From an uncultured Clostridia bacterium (GTDB lineage: Bacteria > Bacillota_I > Bacilli_A > RF39 > UBA660): a stretch of 52,876 nt of DNA. Position 1 is the first letter of the stretch. Each line of letters opens with the position of its first letter. Positions 1 through 10,582 of the stretch are shown here, piece after piece. The DNA lies in assembly GCA_947165365.1 (NCBI GenBank), contig CAMVAF010000006.1, positions 1 to 52,876 of the forward strand, read 5' to 3'. The notes beneath the pieces are model-generated. The model was not told the origin of the DNA. It worked only from the letters and a program-made list of their open reading frames with translations, and made no database searches. Made by a program: the position numbers and the translations under genes.

Positions 1-213
1 ATGAATTTCTTAAATAATTATGATGCAAATCATCCAGTAGGAACAAAAGCAGAAACTCCAGCAAATGGTAATGGAGATTTCATGAACTTCTTAAATAACT
101 ATGATGCAAATCATCCAGTAGGAGCAAAAGCAGAAACTCCAGCAAATGGCAATGGGGATTTCATGAATTTCTTAAATAATTATGATGCAAATCATCCAGT
201 AGGAGCAAAAGAA
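1..213 (+). repeat. 81-bp tandem repeat (about 2.6 copies visible) encoding MNFLNNYDANHPVG(T/A)KAETPANGNGDF
   Basis: Units start at 1, 82 and 163; near-identical DNA. Confidence 0.95.
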
Positions 214-537
214 GAGATTCCTGCTATGAATAACACTGAATTGAATGTTGATAGTTATTTAAATAGTGGTGTTAAAGATAATAGTGTAATGATTAATAAT
301 GTTAATCCACCTATAACTACTAATTTTAACGCTAATTCATATGTAGAAGATAATCCAAATTATGTTGATGTATCAAAGGCAACTATTATTGATAATGTAG
401 ATATTATTATTAATGAATTAAAGGCTACCATTGAAAAAATTAAAAATCAAAGTAAATTTAAAGTTGATACAGATGAAATAGATTTTGATGATGTATATCA
501 AATAACAATTAAAATTGATAAGAGAGAAACTTTATAA
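1..537 (+). CDS. 3' part of a Noc/ParB-family nucleoid occlusion-like protein (5' truncated by window) with tandem 27-aa repeats
   Basis: C-terminus KVDTDEIDFDDVYQITIKIDK resembles the Noc C-terminal EEEFEEYIQLTIRIPK motif; lies immediately upstream of parA-parB as noc does in Bacillota. Confidence 0.6.
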   Translation: MNFLNNYDANHPVGTKAETPANGNGDFMNFLNNYDANHPVGAKAETPANGNGDFMNFLNNYDANHPVGAKEEIPAMNNTELNVDSYLNSGVKDNSVMINNVNPPITTNFNANSYVEDNPNYVDVSKATIIDNVDIIINELKATIEKIKNQSKFKVDTDEIDFDDVYQITIKIDKRETL

Positions 538-556
538 AAAAAGTTTTTCTTTTTTT
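522..556 (+). terminator. Probable intrinsic terminator after noc-like gene
   Basis: agagaaacttt...aaagtttttct stem followed by T-run. Confidence 0.55.
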
Positions 557-629
557 GTTTTATCTATTTCATTATTTGTTATTTTTTGGTATGATTATAA
601 TGGACTAATTTTTATAAGCAGGTGATAGT

Positions 630-1418
630 ATGGGAAAAGTAATTTCGTTAGTCAATCAAAAAGGTGGAGTAGGAAAGACTACTACAAGTATTAATTTATC
701 TGCATCATTAGCAGTAGAAGGAAAAAAGGTTTTACTTGTTGATTTAGACCCTCAAGGAAATGCAACTACAGGCGTAGGATTTAATAAAGGAGATATTGAT
801 TTAAGTATCTATGATGTATTTAATGGCACATGTGATATCAATTCAGCAATATTACATACAAAATTTAAGGATTTGGATTTATTACCATCATCACTTCAAT
901 TAGCAGGAGTTGATATTGAACTAATGGATAAAGGTAGGGAAGATCCTAATTTTAGAATGTCATTTCAATTCAAAAATAAAATTGATTTGTGTAAAAATAA
1001 TTATGATTACGTTATTGTAGATTGTCCTCCAACATTAGGAGTTATAACAACAAATGCACTCGTTGCTAGTGACTCTGTTATTATTCCTGTTCAATGTGAA
1101 TTTTATGCATTAGAAGGTATTACGCAATTATTAAATGCAATCATGTTAACAAAGAAAAAATTAAATCCTAATCTAAAACTTGAAGGAGTATTATTAACAA
1201 TGTTTGACTCGCGTGCTAATTTAAGTATTGAAGTAATCGAAGAAATTAGAAGTTATTTTAAAGATAAAGTATATACTACACTAATTCCAAGATTAATAAG
1301 ACTTGCTGAAGCACCAAGTCATGGTAAACCAATAATAGCATATGATCCAAAAAGTAAGGGGTCTTTGGCATATATGAATTTAGCGAAGGAAGTGATTATT
1401 AGAAATGGAAACACCTAG
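630..1418 (+). CDS. parA: ParA/Soj chromosome partitioning ATPase
   Basis: Deviant Walker A NQKGGVGKTT, DLDPQGNAT, DCPP, LAEAPSHG. Confidence 0.97.
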   Translation: MGKVISLVNQKGGVGKTTTSINLSASLAVEGKKVLLVDLDPQGNATTGVGFNKGDIDLSIYDVFNGTCDINSAILHTKFKDLDLLPSSLQLAGVDIELMDKGREDPNFRMSFQFKNKIDLCKNNYDYVIVDCPPTLGVITTNALVASDSVIIPVQCEFYALEGITQLLNAIMLTKKKLNPNLKLEGVLLTMFDSRANLSIEVIEEIRSYFKDKVYTTLIPRLIRLAEAPSHGKPIIAYDPKSKGSLAYMNLAKEVIIRNGNT

Positions 1419-2289
1419 AAGAAGAGCCTTAGGAAAAGGACTAGAAGAATTATTTAGTACAGAAGTATTAGATTTTGATTCATTAGAAGAAAAGATTGTA
1501 ACAGAAACACCAAAAGAAGAAATAATTGATATTAAGTTAGATGAGTTAAGAAGTAATCCATATCAACCAAGAAAAGTATTTGATGAAGTAGCCTTAAATG
1601 AACTTGCATCATCTATTAAAGAACATGGAGTATTTCAACCTATCATCGTAAAAAAAAGTATTAAAGGTTATGAAATAATAGCAGGTGAAAGAAGAGTTAA
1701 AGCATCCCGTATAGCAGGTCTTGAAACTGTACCAGCCATTGTTCGTGAGTTTGATGATACCGAAATGATGGAAATAGCCTTACTTGAAAATTTACAAAGA
1801 GAAGATTTAAATGCTATTGAAGAAGCAATGGCTTATGTAAAAATCATGGAAGCTAAAAATTTAACCCATGAAGAACTTGCTAAAGTTTTAGGAAAAAGTC
1901 AATCATATGTTACTAATACTATTGGTTTATTGAGATTGCCTGAAGAAGTTAAAGATTTAGTAATAAATGATAAATTATCTATGACACATGCAAGAATTCT
2001 TTCAAAAATGAGTGATAAATCTACTATTCTTAATCTAGCAAATAAAGTAATGAATGAAGGATTATCAGTAAGAGATTTGGAAGAAATAGCAAAAGGTAAT
2101 GATATTTCAAAAATTGTTAAAGTTGAGAGAAAAGTTAAAGAGACTGATAAAGAATATAAGTATGCTGAAGAATTACTTTGTGAAAAACTAGGTACTAAAG
2201 TAAGAGTATATAAAAATAAAATTGAAATTAAATATAAAGATGTTGATGACTTGAATCGTATCCTTGAAATACTAGATGTTGCAAAATAG
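1405..2289 (+). CDS. parB: ParB/Spo0J partition protein
   Basis: ALGKGL N-terminus, NPYQPR, IIAGERR, LLENLQREDL; overlaps parA. Confidence 0.97.
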   Translation: METPRRRALGKGLEELFSTEVLDFDSLEEKIVTETPKEEIIDIKLDELRSNPYQPRKVFDEVALNELASSIKEHGVFQPIIVKKSIKGYEIIAGERRVKASRIAGLETVPAIVREFDDTEMMEIALLENLQREDLNAIEEAMAYVKIMEAKNLTHEELAKVLGKSQSYVTNTIGLLRLPEEVKDLVINDKLSMTHARILSKMSDKSTILNLANKVMNEGLSVRDLEEIAKGNDISKIVKVERKVKETDKEYKYAEELLCEKLGTKVRVYKNKIEIKYKDVDDLNRILEILDVAK

Positions 2290-2297
2290 GTGAAAAT

Positions 2298-2489
2298 ATG
2301 GATAAAAATTATGATGTAGGAAATTTAGTAGTATTAAAAAAGGGACATCCATGTGGTGAAAATCTTTGGGAAATAGTAAAATTAGGAGCAGATATTAGAA
2401 TTAAGTGTACTAAATGTGGAAGAATTGTTATTATCCCAAGAATTGAGTTTAATAAAAAAATAAAAAAAGTTATGGAAAAGGGTCATTAA
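2298..2489 (+). CDS. DUF951 family protein (YyzM-like)
   Basis: KKGHPCG...WEI...GADIRIKCTKCGR; conserved position after parB. Confidence 0.9.
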   Translation: MDKNYDVGNLVVLKKGHPCGENLWEIVKLGADIRIKCTKCGRIVIIPRIEFNKKIKKVMEKGH

Positions 2490-2491
2490 TT

Positions 2492-4093
2492 ATGTTTAAA
2501 AAAAATAAAATGAAAGTTAAATTAAAAAGAAGGTCTTTTGAACCGGTAACAGGTTATATTCTTTTAACTATACTTGTTGTTGTATTAAGTGGAATATTAT
2601 CGCTATTTAATTTTGGAACAACATACAATGTTCTTGATTCAGTAAAAATGGAAATGGTATCTTTAACAGCAGAAACCTTTAATTTATTTAGTTTTGATGG
2701 ATTAAAATATATTGTAAGTAATGCTTCAAGAAACTTTATTGTTTTTGCGCCATTATCAATGTATTTAGTCGGAATGATAGGTGTGGTTGTAGCATCTGGA
2801 AGTGGATTTATTGATGTTTTATTTAAAAGAATGTTTGAAAAAATGAATAGTAAATTTCTAACATTTCTTGTTGTTTTTATAGCAACAATATCATCTCTAA
2901 TTAATGAAGTAGGTTTTGTTATTTTAATACCGATTTCTGCCTTTATCTATAAAGCAAAAAAGAGAAATCCGATGATTGGTGTATCAGCTGCATTTGCAGG
3001 GTGTGCTTTTGGGTATGGAACCAGTATTTTTATTGGATCAATTGAAACACAAATGATTCCGTATACTGAAGCAGCAGCAAGATTAGTTGATAAAACATAC
3101 CATGTAAGTTTGTTATCTAATTTGTATATAATGATTGCTTCAAGTATTATTTTGTCAATCGTGGGAACTTTAATTATCGAAAAAATAATCGCCCCATCTC
3201 TTGGTAAATATCGAACAAAAAAAGAATTAGAATTAACAGATTCCTTAGAAATCATTGATGATGAAGAACTAGAACAAAATATGATAAGTACAAATTATAA
3301 TGAGAAAAAAGGATTTAAAGTTGCCAGTATTGTTGCATTAATTTTTGTATTATTCTTTATTTATTCGGTTATTCCAGGTCTTCCAGGATCAGGATTACTA
3401 CTTGATTATGGTGAAAAAACTTATTTAAAGCAAATATTTGGTGAAAATTCATATTTTCAAGATGGATTTACTTATATGATAGCCTTATTATTTGCTATAT
3501 CAGGTTTAGTCTTTGGTTTTGTATCAAAGAAATTTAAAAACGAAAGAGATGTTATCAAGGCATGTCATGAACCATTATCGGAAGTTGGTAAAATGTTACT
3601 ATTACTATTTGTAGCATCCCAATTTGCTGGTGTATTTAGAAAATCTAATATAGGTACAGTAATAACAGGTATTTTATCAAATATATTATCAAACTTTTCC
3701 TTTAGTGGAATATTTTATCTATTAATTGCTATTGTAATTATGATGATAAGTGATTATTTCTTAACAGGAGTACAAGCAAAATGGGCAATTTTTGCACCAT
3801 GTATTATTCCTATTTTAATGAAAAGTAATATGTCTGCTCAATTTGTACAGTTTGCTATGCGTGGAGTAGATTCTATGACTAATGGTATTACTCCATTATA
3901 TGCTTATTTTGTTATATATATAGGATATCTAAATATATATAATATAAGAGAGGATAAGCCAATATCTATTGGTGATGGAATAAAAATTATTATGCCATAT
4001 TTTGTTATAATAAGCATTACATGGATTTTAATATTGATTGGTTGGTATATTATTGGTCTTCCAATAGGACCAGGTGTATATCCAACTGTATAG
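2492..4093 (+). CDS. AbgT family transporter
   Basis: Polytopic membrane protein; RNPMIG..AAFA, DSMTNGITP, GLPIGPG C-terminal motif. Confidence 0.85.
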   Translation: MFKKNKMKVKLKRRSFEPVTGYILLTILVVVLSGILSLFNFGTTYNVLDSVKMEMVSLTAETFNLFSFDGLKYIVSNASRNFIVFAPLSMYLVGMIGVVVASGSGFIDVLFKRMFEKMNSKFLTFLVVFIATISSLINEVGFVILIPISAFIYKAKKRNPMIGVSAAFAGCAFGYGTSIFIGSIETQMIPYTEAAARLVDKTYHVSLLSNLYIMIASSIILSIVGTLIIEKIIAPSLGKYRTKKELELTDSLEIIDDEELEQNMISTNYNEKKGFKVASIVALIFVLFFIYSVIPGLPGSGLLLDYGEKTYLKQIFGENSYFQDGFTYMIALLFAISGLVFGFVSKKFKNERDVIKACHEPLSEVGKMLLLLFVASQFAGVFRKSNIGTVITGILSNILSNFSFSGIFYLLIAIVIMMISDYFLTGVQAKWAIFAPCIIPILMKSNMSAQFVQFAMRGVDSMTNGITPLYAYFVIYIGYLNIYNIREDKPISIGDGIKIIMPYFVIISITWILILIGWYIIGLPIGPGVYPTV

Positions 4094-4102
4094 GGAGGTT
4101 TT

Positions 4103-5200
4103 ATGAGTTTAAAAGCAGGTATTGTAGGTTTACCAAATGTTGGTAAATCAACGTTATTTAATGCAATAACAAAGCAAAATATTTTAGCAGCAAATTATCC
4201 ATTTGCAACAATTGAACCTAATGTAGGTGTTGTTATGGTACCAGATGAACGAATTAATGTTTTAGATGAAATGTACCATCCAGAAAGATTAATTCCCACA
4301 AGTTTTGAATTTACTGATATCGCAGGACTAGTTAAAGGAGCTTCCAAAGGAGATGGATTAGGTAATAAATTTTTATCTCATATAAGAGAGGTCGATGCTA
4401 TTGTCGAAGTAGTTAGATGTTTTGATGATGATAATATTATTCATGTCGAGGGGGCCCCTGATCCTATAAGAGATATTGATATTATCAATTTAGAATTATC
4501 TTTAGCAGATCTTGAAATAATTAATAATCGTTTAGATAAAATAAAAAAGAAAGCAGAAACATCAAAAGATAAAGAAGCATTAATTGAAGTAGCTTTAATG
4601 GAAAAGGCAAGAAATGCCTTAGAAAAAAATGTTCCTTTAAGAATGATTGATTTTACAGAAGAAGAGAAAAAAATTCTAAAACCATTTTGTTTTTTGACAA
4701 TAAAACCAATTATCTATCTAGCTAATGTTAAAGATGATGAATATAATAATGATAATATGTATTATCAAGCTATTTTAGATTATGCCAATAGCGAAGGAAG
4801 CCGTGCCATTAAAATATCTGCAAAACTAGAGTCAGATTTAATAGATTATACCGATGAAGAAAAAAAAGAAATGTTTGAAATGTTAGGTATTTCTGAAAGT
4901 GGTATAGAATCTTTGATTAAAACAACTTATGAATTATTAGGTTTAAGAACCTATTTTACAGTTGGAAGCGATGAAGTAAGAGCATGGACATTTAAAAAAG
5001 GAATGAATGCGAGAGATTGCGCAGGCATTATTCATAGTGATTTTAGAGATGGTTTTATTAAAGCAGAAATAATGTCGTATGAAGATTTAATAGAATGTGG
5101 ATCTGAATTAAAAGTTAAAGAAGCAGGAAAATTTAGAATAGAAGGAAAAGATTATCTTATGCAAGATGGTGATATTTGTCATTTTAGATTTAATAAATAA
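4103..5200 (+). CDS. ychF: Redox-regulated ribosome-binding ATPase YchF
   Basis: GIVGLPNVGKST, ANYPFATIEPN, DIAGLVKGAS, C-terminal GDICHFRFN. Confidence 0.97.
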   Translation: MSLKAGIVGLPNVGKSTLFNAITKQNILAANYPFATIEPNVGVVMVPDERINVLDEMYHPERLIPTSFEFTDIAGLVKGASKGDGLGNKFLSHIREVDAIVEVVRCFDDDNIIHVEGAPDPIRDIDIINLELSLADLEIINNRLDKIKKKAETSKDKEALIEVALMEKARNALEKNVPLRMIDFTEEEKKILKPFCFLTIKPIIYLANVKDDEYNNDNMYYQAILDYANSEGSRAIKISAKLESDLIDYTDEEKKEMFEMLGISESGIESLIKTTYELLGLRTYFTVGSDEVRAWTFKKGMNARDCAGIIHSDFRDGFIKAEIMSYEDLIECGSELKVKEAGKFRIEGKDYLMQDGDICHFRFNK

Positions 5201-5301
5201 AAATAATGTAAATTAATAAATAATTTGACAAATATAAATTGATTTTTAAAAAATTATGTTATATAATTTATTTAGAATAATTTCCAAGGAGGTATATAAG
5301 C

Positions 5302-5616
5302 ATGAAAATTACAAAAGTGCAAGGAAGAAAATTCGAAAGACCAAATTCAAATGTGAAAGGAATTGTAGAGGTAACTCTAGATGATTGTTTTGTTATTAAA
5401 GACATCAGAATCATTGAAAAACCAGAAAAAGTAGTTGTTGCTATGCCTAGCAAAATCATACCTGGTAGAAATGAAGATGGAACAATCAACGAGGAAGTTA
5501 AAATCCATGTTGATTTAGCTCATCCAATTAACGCTGAAACTAGAAAAATGTTTAATGATACTATTCTAGGAGCATACGAAAGAGCAACTTCTAACGAATT
5601 TAAAGAAGAATTTTAG
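5302..5616 (+). CDS. spoVG: SpoVG family protein
   Basis: TLDDCFVIKDIRII, VAMPS, DLAHPINAETR; AAGGAGG RBS. Confidence 0.9.
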   Translation: MKITKVQGRKFERPNSNVKGIVEVTLDDCFVIKDIRIIEKPEKVVVAMPSKIIPGRNEDGTINEEVKIHVDLAHPINAETRKMFNDTILGAYERATSNEFKEEF

Positions 5617-5670
5617 AAAAGAGTTATTCTTTTCTTTTTTTTTCATAAAATTTAATGGAGGCATACACAC

Positions 5671-5961
5671 ATGGAAAAAGAAAAAGAATTAAATTCATTT
5701 AATCATAGTGTAAATATTATAGAAAGAAAAAATATCTTAATCACTGGTGTAAAAAAAGTGGATAGCTTTGATAATGAAGAATTTCTAGTAGAAACCATAA
5801 TGGGATATCTAGTATTAAAGGGAGAAGATTTAGAATTAGTTAAACTTGATACATTACAAGGAACAGTGACAATTAAAGGATTTATTAAAAGTTTTGATTA
5901 CCTTGAAGATAATACCAAAAAAGAGAAGGAAGGCTCTATTTTTAATAGGTTATTTAAATAA
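5671..5961 (+). CDS. yabP: Sporulation protein YabP
   Basis: ITGVKKVDSFDNEEFLVETIMGYL, C-terminal SIFNRLFK. Confidence 0.9.
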   Translation: MEKEKELNSFNHSVNIIERKNILITGVKKVDSFDNEEFLVETIMGYLVLKGEDLELVKLDTLQGTVTIKGFIKSFDYLEDNTKKEKEGSIFNRLFK

Positions 5962-6254
5962 TGGAATTATCAGTACAAATTAAAAGCATTATTATGTCCT
6001 TTTTATATGGAATATTATATAGTGTAAACTTTAATTTATTCTATAATTTATTGTTTACAAAATACAAAATAATCAATATAATTACAAATTTTTTCTTTAA
6101 TATTATATCTTTTGGTATCTATTTTTTGCTTTTGTATATTATTAATCAAGGTGTAGTTCATTTGTATTTTTTAGTATCTTTTTTACTTGGTTTTTTAATT
6201 TATAATAAAATATTTGTCAAGTTACAAGTAAAGTGGCAAAAAATAAAGTTTTAA
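5961..6254 (+). CDS. yabQ: Spore cortex biosynthesis YabQ-like membrane protein (short form)
   Basis: LSVQI N-terminus, three hydrophobic segments, NQG motif; between yabP and divIC. Confidence 0.7.
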   Translation: MELSVQIKSIIMSFLYGILYSVNFNLFYNLLFTKYKIINIITNFFFNIISFGIYFLLLYIINQGVVHLYFLVSFLLGFLIYNKIFVKLQVKWQKIKF

Positions 6255-6303
6255 CAATTGAAAAAAACATGTGTTTTTGCTATTATTAAATTAGGAGAGT
6301 GTC

Positions 6304-6615
6304 ATGAAAAAAAGAAAGAAAACAGTCATGAAAAAAAATACTAGAAGATTTTTAGTTTTTGGTATATCTTCTTTCTTTGTTATTGCCGTTGTATTGGTAA
6401 GTGTCTCCAAAATAGTATTTGAAATAATTGATAAATATAAAGAAGCAAGTGAATTAGAAGAAAAGAAAATAGCTCTTGAAGAAAAAGAAAAAGATTTAAA
6501 TAATGAAATTCTTAAATTACAAGATCAAGAATATCTTGCTGGATACGCTAGAGAAAAATATTTTTATTCCAAAAATGGTGAATTAATTATTAGGATCCCA
6601 TCCAATAAAGAATAA
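6304..6615 (+). CDS. divIC: Septum formation initiator DivIC/FtsB family
   Basis: TM helix + coiled coil + YLAGYAREKYFYSKNGE. Confidence 0.85.
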   Translation: MKKRKKTVMKKNTRRFLVFGISSFFVIAVVLVSVSKIVFEIIDKYKEASELEEKKIALEEKEKDLNNEILKLQDQEYLAGYAREKYFYSKNGELIIRIPSNKE

Positions 6616-6697
6616 ATTTATAAAAAAATAAAAAATATCTTGCTATAAAGATATTTTTTCTATACAATAAGGTAAAAGAAATTTTTAAGGAGATCTA

Positions 6698-8023
6698 ATG
6701 AAAGAAGTTTATAACTTTTTATTAAATAAAGTAAAATTAACAAAAGAAGATGTAATCGTTGCTGGTGTATCTGCAGGACCTGATTCCATGGCTCTTTTAT
6801 ATATTTTAGAAGATATTAGAAAAAAGATTCCATTTAAGATAATTGTTGCACACATTAATCACAACTTAAGAAAAGAAAGTGAAGAAGAAGCATCATTTTT
6901 AAAAGAATATTGCTTAGCACATAATATAATCTTTGAATATATGAAAATAGAAGAATATGGTGATGATAATTTTCATAATGAAGCAAGAAACATCAGATAT
7001 CGTTTTTATGATGAATTAATAAATAAGTATCAAGCAAACTATTTAATGACAGGGCATCACGGTGATGATTTGATGGAAACTATTCTTATGCGATTAACAA
7101 GAGGATCTACATTAAGAGGATATAGTGGTTTTTCAAGTATTATTGATAAAGGTAACTATCAGATTATAAGACCATTAATATTTGTTACTAAAAAAGATTT
7201 AGAAAACTTTGATATAGAAAATAATATTCCATATCGTATTGATAAAAGTAATTTTAAAGATAAATATACAAGAAATAGATATCGAAAAGTAGTGTTACCA
7301 TTTTTAAAAGAAGAAGATCCATATGTTAATCAAAAATTTCTTAAATTTAGTAATATGTTAGAAGAATATAGTGATTTTTTTGATAAATTAATCACTTTAG
7401 AAAAAGATAGAGTATATAAAGATGGTATTATTGATGTAAATATTATGAAAAATTTAGAACCAATTATTCAAAAAGGAATCATAGAATATATTTACAGAAA
7501 TATTTATGAAGATGATTTAATAATGATTGATACAAGACATATTGATTTAATGATGCAAGCCATTAATTCTAATAAAGAAAGATTATCATTTAACTTGCCC
7601 AATGACTACATTATTGAAAAAAATGGTAATAAAGTATATTTAAGAAAAGAAATTAAAGCTATTATGCCATATGATATTGAACTTCATGATGAAGTGTTTT
7701 TACCAAATGGAATGACTATAAAAAGAATTACGGAATGTCTAAAAGATGGTAATGATATTATGAGAATTAATTCTAAAGATGTATCACTTCCACTACGTGT
7801 TAGAACAAGAAAACAAGGTGATAAAATGACTATTAAAAATTTTTCAGGTACTAAAAAAGTAAGTGATATTTTAATAAATAGTAAAATACCAAAAAGAGAA
7901 AGAGATTCTTGGCCAATAGTTGTTGATTCTAAAGACACTATAATTTGGATTCCCAAAATAAAAAAATCAAAATATAATAGACTAAAAGATGATAAATGTG
8001 ATATAATATTTAAATGTCTATAG
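6698..8023 (+). CDS. tilS: tRNA(Ile)-lysidine synthetase
   Basis: SAGPDS PP-loop, HINHNLR, TGHHGDD, YTRNRYR. Confidence 0.96.
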   Translation: MKEVYNFLLNKVKLTKEDVIVAGVSAGPDSMALLYILEDIRKKIPFKIIVAHINHNLRKESEEEASFLKEYCLAHNIIFEYMKIEEYGDDNFHNEARNIRYRFYDELINKYQANYLMTGHHGDDLMETILMRLTRGSTLRGYSGFSSIIDKGNYQIIRPLIFVTKKDLENFDIENNIPYRIDKSNFKDKYTRNRYRKVVLPFLKEEDPYVNQKFLKFSNMLEEYSDFFDKLITLEKDRVYKDGIIDVNIMKNLEPIIQKGIIEYIYRNIYEDDLIMIDTRHIDLMMQAINSNKERLSFNLPNDYIIEKNGNKVYLRKEIKAIMPYDIELHDEVFLPNGMTIKRITECLKDGNDIMRINSKDVSLPLRVRTRKQGDKMTIKNFSGTKKVSDILINSKIPKRERDSWPIVVDSKDTIIWIPKIKKSKYNRLKDDKCDIIFKCL

Positions 8024-8034
8024 GAGGAAAAAAT

Positions 8035-9987
8035 ATGAACAAAAAAGATATGAAAAGAAATGTCGTACCTTATATATTATTAGTAGGTTTGATGTTAGTA
8101 TTATTTTATATGTATAAGGTTATGAGTGTTAAAGTACATGATTTAACATTTAATGAATTTATGGGAAAGATAACTGAAGGAACAGTTGAAAAAATAGAAG
8201 TTACTCCAAGTAATGATGGTGGAGTTTATAATATTGAAGGTAAACTAAAAGGATATAAAGAAAATGAATCTTTTAAAGTTACCGCGCCACTTTCTGATGA
8301 AGTAATTAAAGGATTAGTTGATGGATATGAAAAATATGACTATAAAATAGAAGTTAATAAAGATCCTAGTTCTAGTACATTACTTGTATTATTAGTTAAT
8401 TTCCTACCAATTATTTTGATTGTTGGTGGAGGATTATATTTCTTAAATAAACAAGCAGGTGGAGCTAGTAAATCATTTGAATTTGGAAGAAGTAGAGCCA
8501 AACTTTCTGATAATAAAAATAAAGTTACATTTAAAGATGTAGCAGGACTTAAAGAAGAAAAAGAGGAAGTTAAAGAACTTATTGATTTCTTAAAAAATCC
8601 AAAGAAATTTCAAAAATTAGGAGCAAGAATTCCTAAAGGAGTATTACTTGTAGGTCCTCCAGGAACTGGTAAAACATTACTAGCAAGAGCTGTTGCCGGT
8701 GAAGCTAATGTACCATTCTATTATATTAGTGGTTCTGATTTCGTAGAATTATTTGTAGGTGTTGGAGCAAGCCGTGTAAGAGATATGTTTAAACAAGCAA
8801 AAAATAATGCACCATGCTTAATCTTTATCGATGAAATAGATGCTGTAGGTCGTCAAAGAGGAACAGGTCTTGGTGGTGGACATGATGAAAGAGAACAAAC
8901 TCTAAACCAATTATTAACTGAAATGGATGGTTTTGGAGCAAATGAAGGAATCATTATTATTGCTGCAACAAACCGTGCTGATGTCTTAGACCCTGCATTA
9001 CTTCGTCCAGGAAGATTCGATAGACAAGTAACAGTTAATTTACCAGATAGAAAAGGAAGAGAAGAAATTCTTGCCGTTCATGCGAGAAATAAAATTTTAG
9101 ATAAAAATATTACTTTATCTAATTTAGCAAAAAGAACGCCAGGTTTCTCTGGAGCTGATCTTGAAAACTTATTAAATGAAGCAGCTCTTCTTGCTGTTCG
9201 TCGTAATAAAGAATTTATTACCATGAGTGAAATAGATGAAGCAACAGACCGTGTCTTAATGGGACCAGCTAAAGTAAGTAAAAAATATACGGAAAAAGAA
9301 AGAAATATGGTTGCCCATCATGAAGCAGGACACGTTGTATTAGGTCTAAAACTTAATAGTGCTAATGATGTTCAAAAAGTAACCATTATTCCAAGAAGTT
9401 ATGCTGGTGGATATGCCATGATGGTTCCAAAAGAAGAAAAGTATACCCAAACTAAAACGGAATTATTAGAACAAATTACTGGTCTTCTTGGAGGACGTGT
9501 CTCTGAAGAAATTAATTTCCATGAAATAACTACAGGAGCTCATAATGATTTTGAAAAAGCAACTAAGATTGCTAGAGCTATGGTTACAGAATATGGAATG
9601 AGTGACTTAGGACCAGTTCAATTAGAACAACAAAGTGAAAGTGTCTTTATTGGAAGAGATTATAATAAAACTAGAAACTTCTCTGATACCGTTGCTCATG
9701 AGATTGATATTGAAATAAGAAAAATTATGGATGAATGTTATAAAAATGCAACTAAAATTTTAAAAGAAAATATTGATTTAGTACATTTAATAGCAAATGC
9801 TTTACTTGAAAAAGAAACATTAACTCATGAAGAAATCGTTTATCTTGCTGAAAATGGTAAACTTCCAGATGATACATCATTAAATGATTTAACTCTTGAT
9901 GAATTAAAGGAAAAAGCTAAAGAATTAGAAATAAAAGGTTACTCTAAAATGAGTAAGGAAGAACTAATAAAAGAACTAAATAAATAG
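8035..9987 (+). CDS. ftsH: ATP-dependent zinc metalloprotease FtsH with C-terminal Rho_N-like helical domain
   Basis: Two TMs, [26 protein letters not shown]; start set at ATG 8035 after AGGAGG. Confidence 0.97.
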   Translation: MNKKDMKRNVVPYILLVGLMLVLFYMYKVMSVKVHDLTFNEFMGKITEGTVEKIEVTPSNDGGVYNIEGKLKGYKENESFKVTAPLSDEVIKGLVDGYEKYDYKIEVNKDPSSSTLLVLLVNFLPIILIVGGGLYFLNKQAGGASKSFEFGRSRAKLSDNKNKVTFKDVAGLKEEKEEVKELIDFLKNPKKFQKLGARIPKGVLLVGPPGTGKTLLARAVAGEANVPFYYISGSDFVELFVGVGASRVRDMFKQAKNNAPCLIFIDEIDAVGRQRGTGLGGGHDEREQTLNQLLTEMDGFGANEGIIIIAATNRADVLDPALLRPGRFDRQVTVNLPDRKGREEILAVHARNKILDKNITLSNLAKRTPGFSGADLENLLNEAALLAVRRNKEFITMSEIDEATDRVLMGPAKVSKKYTEKERNMVAHHEAGHVVLGLKLNSANDVQKVTIIPRSYAGGYAMMVPKEEKYTQTKTELLEQITGLLGGRVSEEINFHEITTGAHNDFEKATKIARAMVTEYGMSDLGPVQLEQQSESVFIGRDYNKTRNFSDTVAHEIDIEIRKIMDECYKNATKILKENIDLVHLIANALLEKETLTHEEIVYLAENGKLPDDTSLNDLTLDELKEKAKELEIKGYSKMSKEELIKELNK

Positions 9988-10098
9988 TTCTTTTTCTTTT
10001 GTTCTAAAAAACATGTAATATTATGTAAAATTATACAAATATTACTAAAACTATGATATACTTTAATTGTACAAAAATATTAGATAGGGGGAGTCATT

Positions 10099-10512
10099 AT
10101 GAAGAAAAGTAAACTTAGTACAATCTTCTTATGTTTCTTATTAGTATTTACTATTCTAATTGCTGCAGGATGTGAAAAAAAGGAAGATGAGACAAAAGAA
10201 CCTGAACAAGGTCAAAAAGAGAATAATCCAACAGGCAAAACAGATAATACTGATAATAAGAATAATGGTTCCGATACTACAAAAAAAACTGTTAAACTAT
10301 TAAAGAGAAATGGTGTTGAATGGAAAGAAAACACTAGAATTAAATCTAAAAAAGGTGCTAAGAGTTATAAAGTAGTATGGGGAGATACCTTAAGTTTAAT
10401 TGCTAGAACATGGCAAGTTAATTGCTATAAATTAGCAAAATATAATGGTATTAAGAATATTGACTTAATTGAAGTTGATCAAGTAATTTATAATTACGCA
10501 GCTAAGAAATAA
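10099..10512 (+). CDS. Lipoprotein with C-terminal LysM domain
   Basis: Lipobox AAGC; YKVVWGDTLSLIA...NGIKNIDLIEVDQVI. Confidence 0.85.
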   Translation: MKKSKLSTIFLCFLLVFTILIAAGCEKKEDETKEPEQGQKENNPTGKTDNTDNKNNGSDTTKKTVKLLKRNGVEWKENTRIKSKKGAKSYKVVWGDTLSLIARTWQVNCYKLAKYNGIKNIDLIEVDQVIYNYAAKK

Positions 10513-10544
10513 GAGTTAGATTTATAATTTAACTCTTTTCTTTT
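10513..10544 (+). terminator. Intrinsic terminator
   Basis: gagtta...taactc stem followed by ttttctttt. Confidence 0.6.
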
Positions 10545-10582
10545 ACATATTTTTAGTTTATAATATCAAGTGTTTTATTGAA

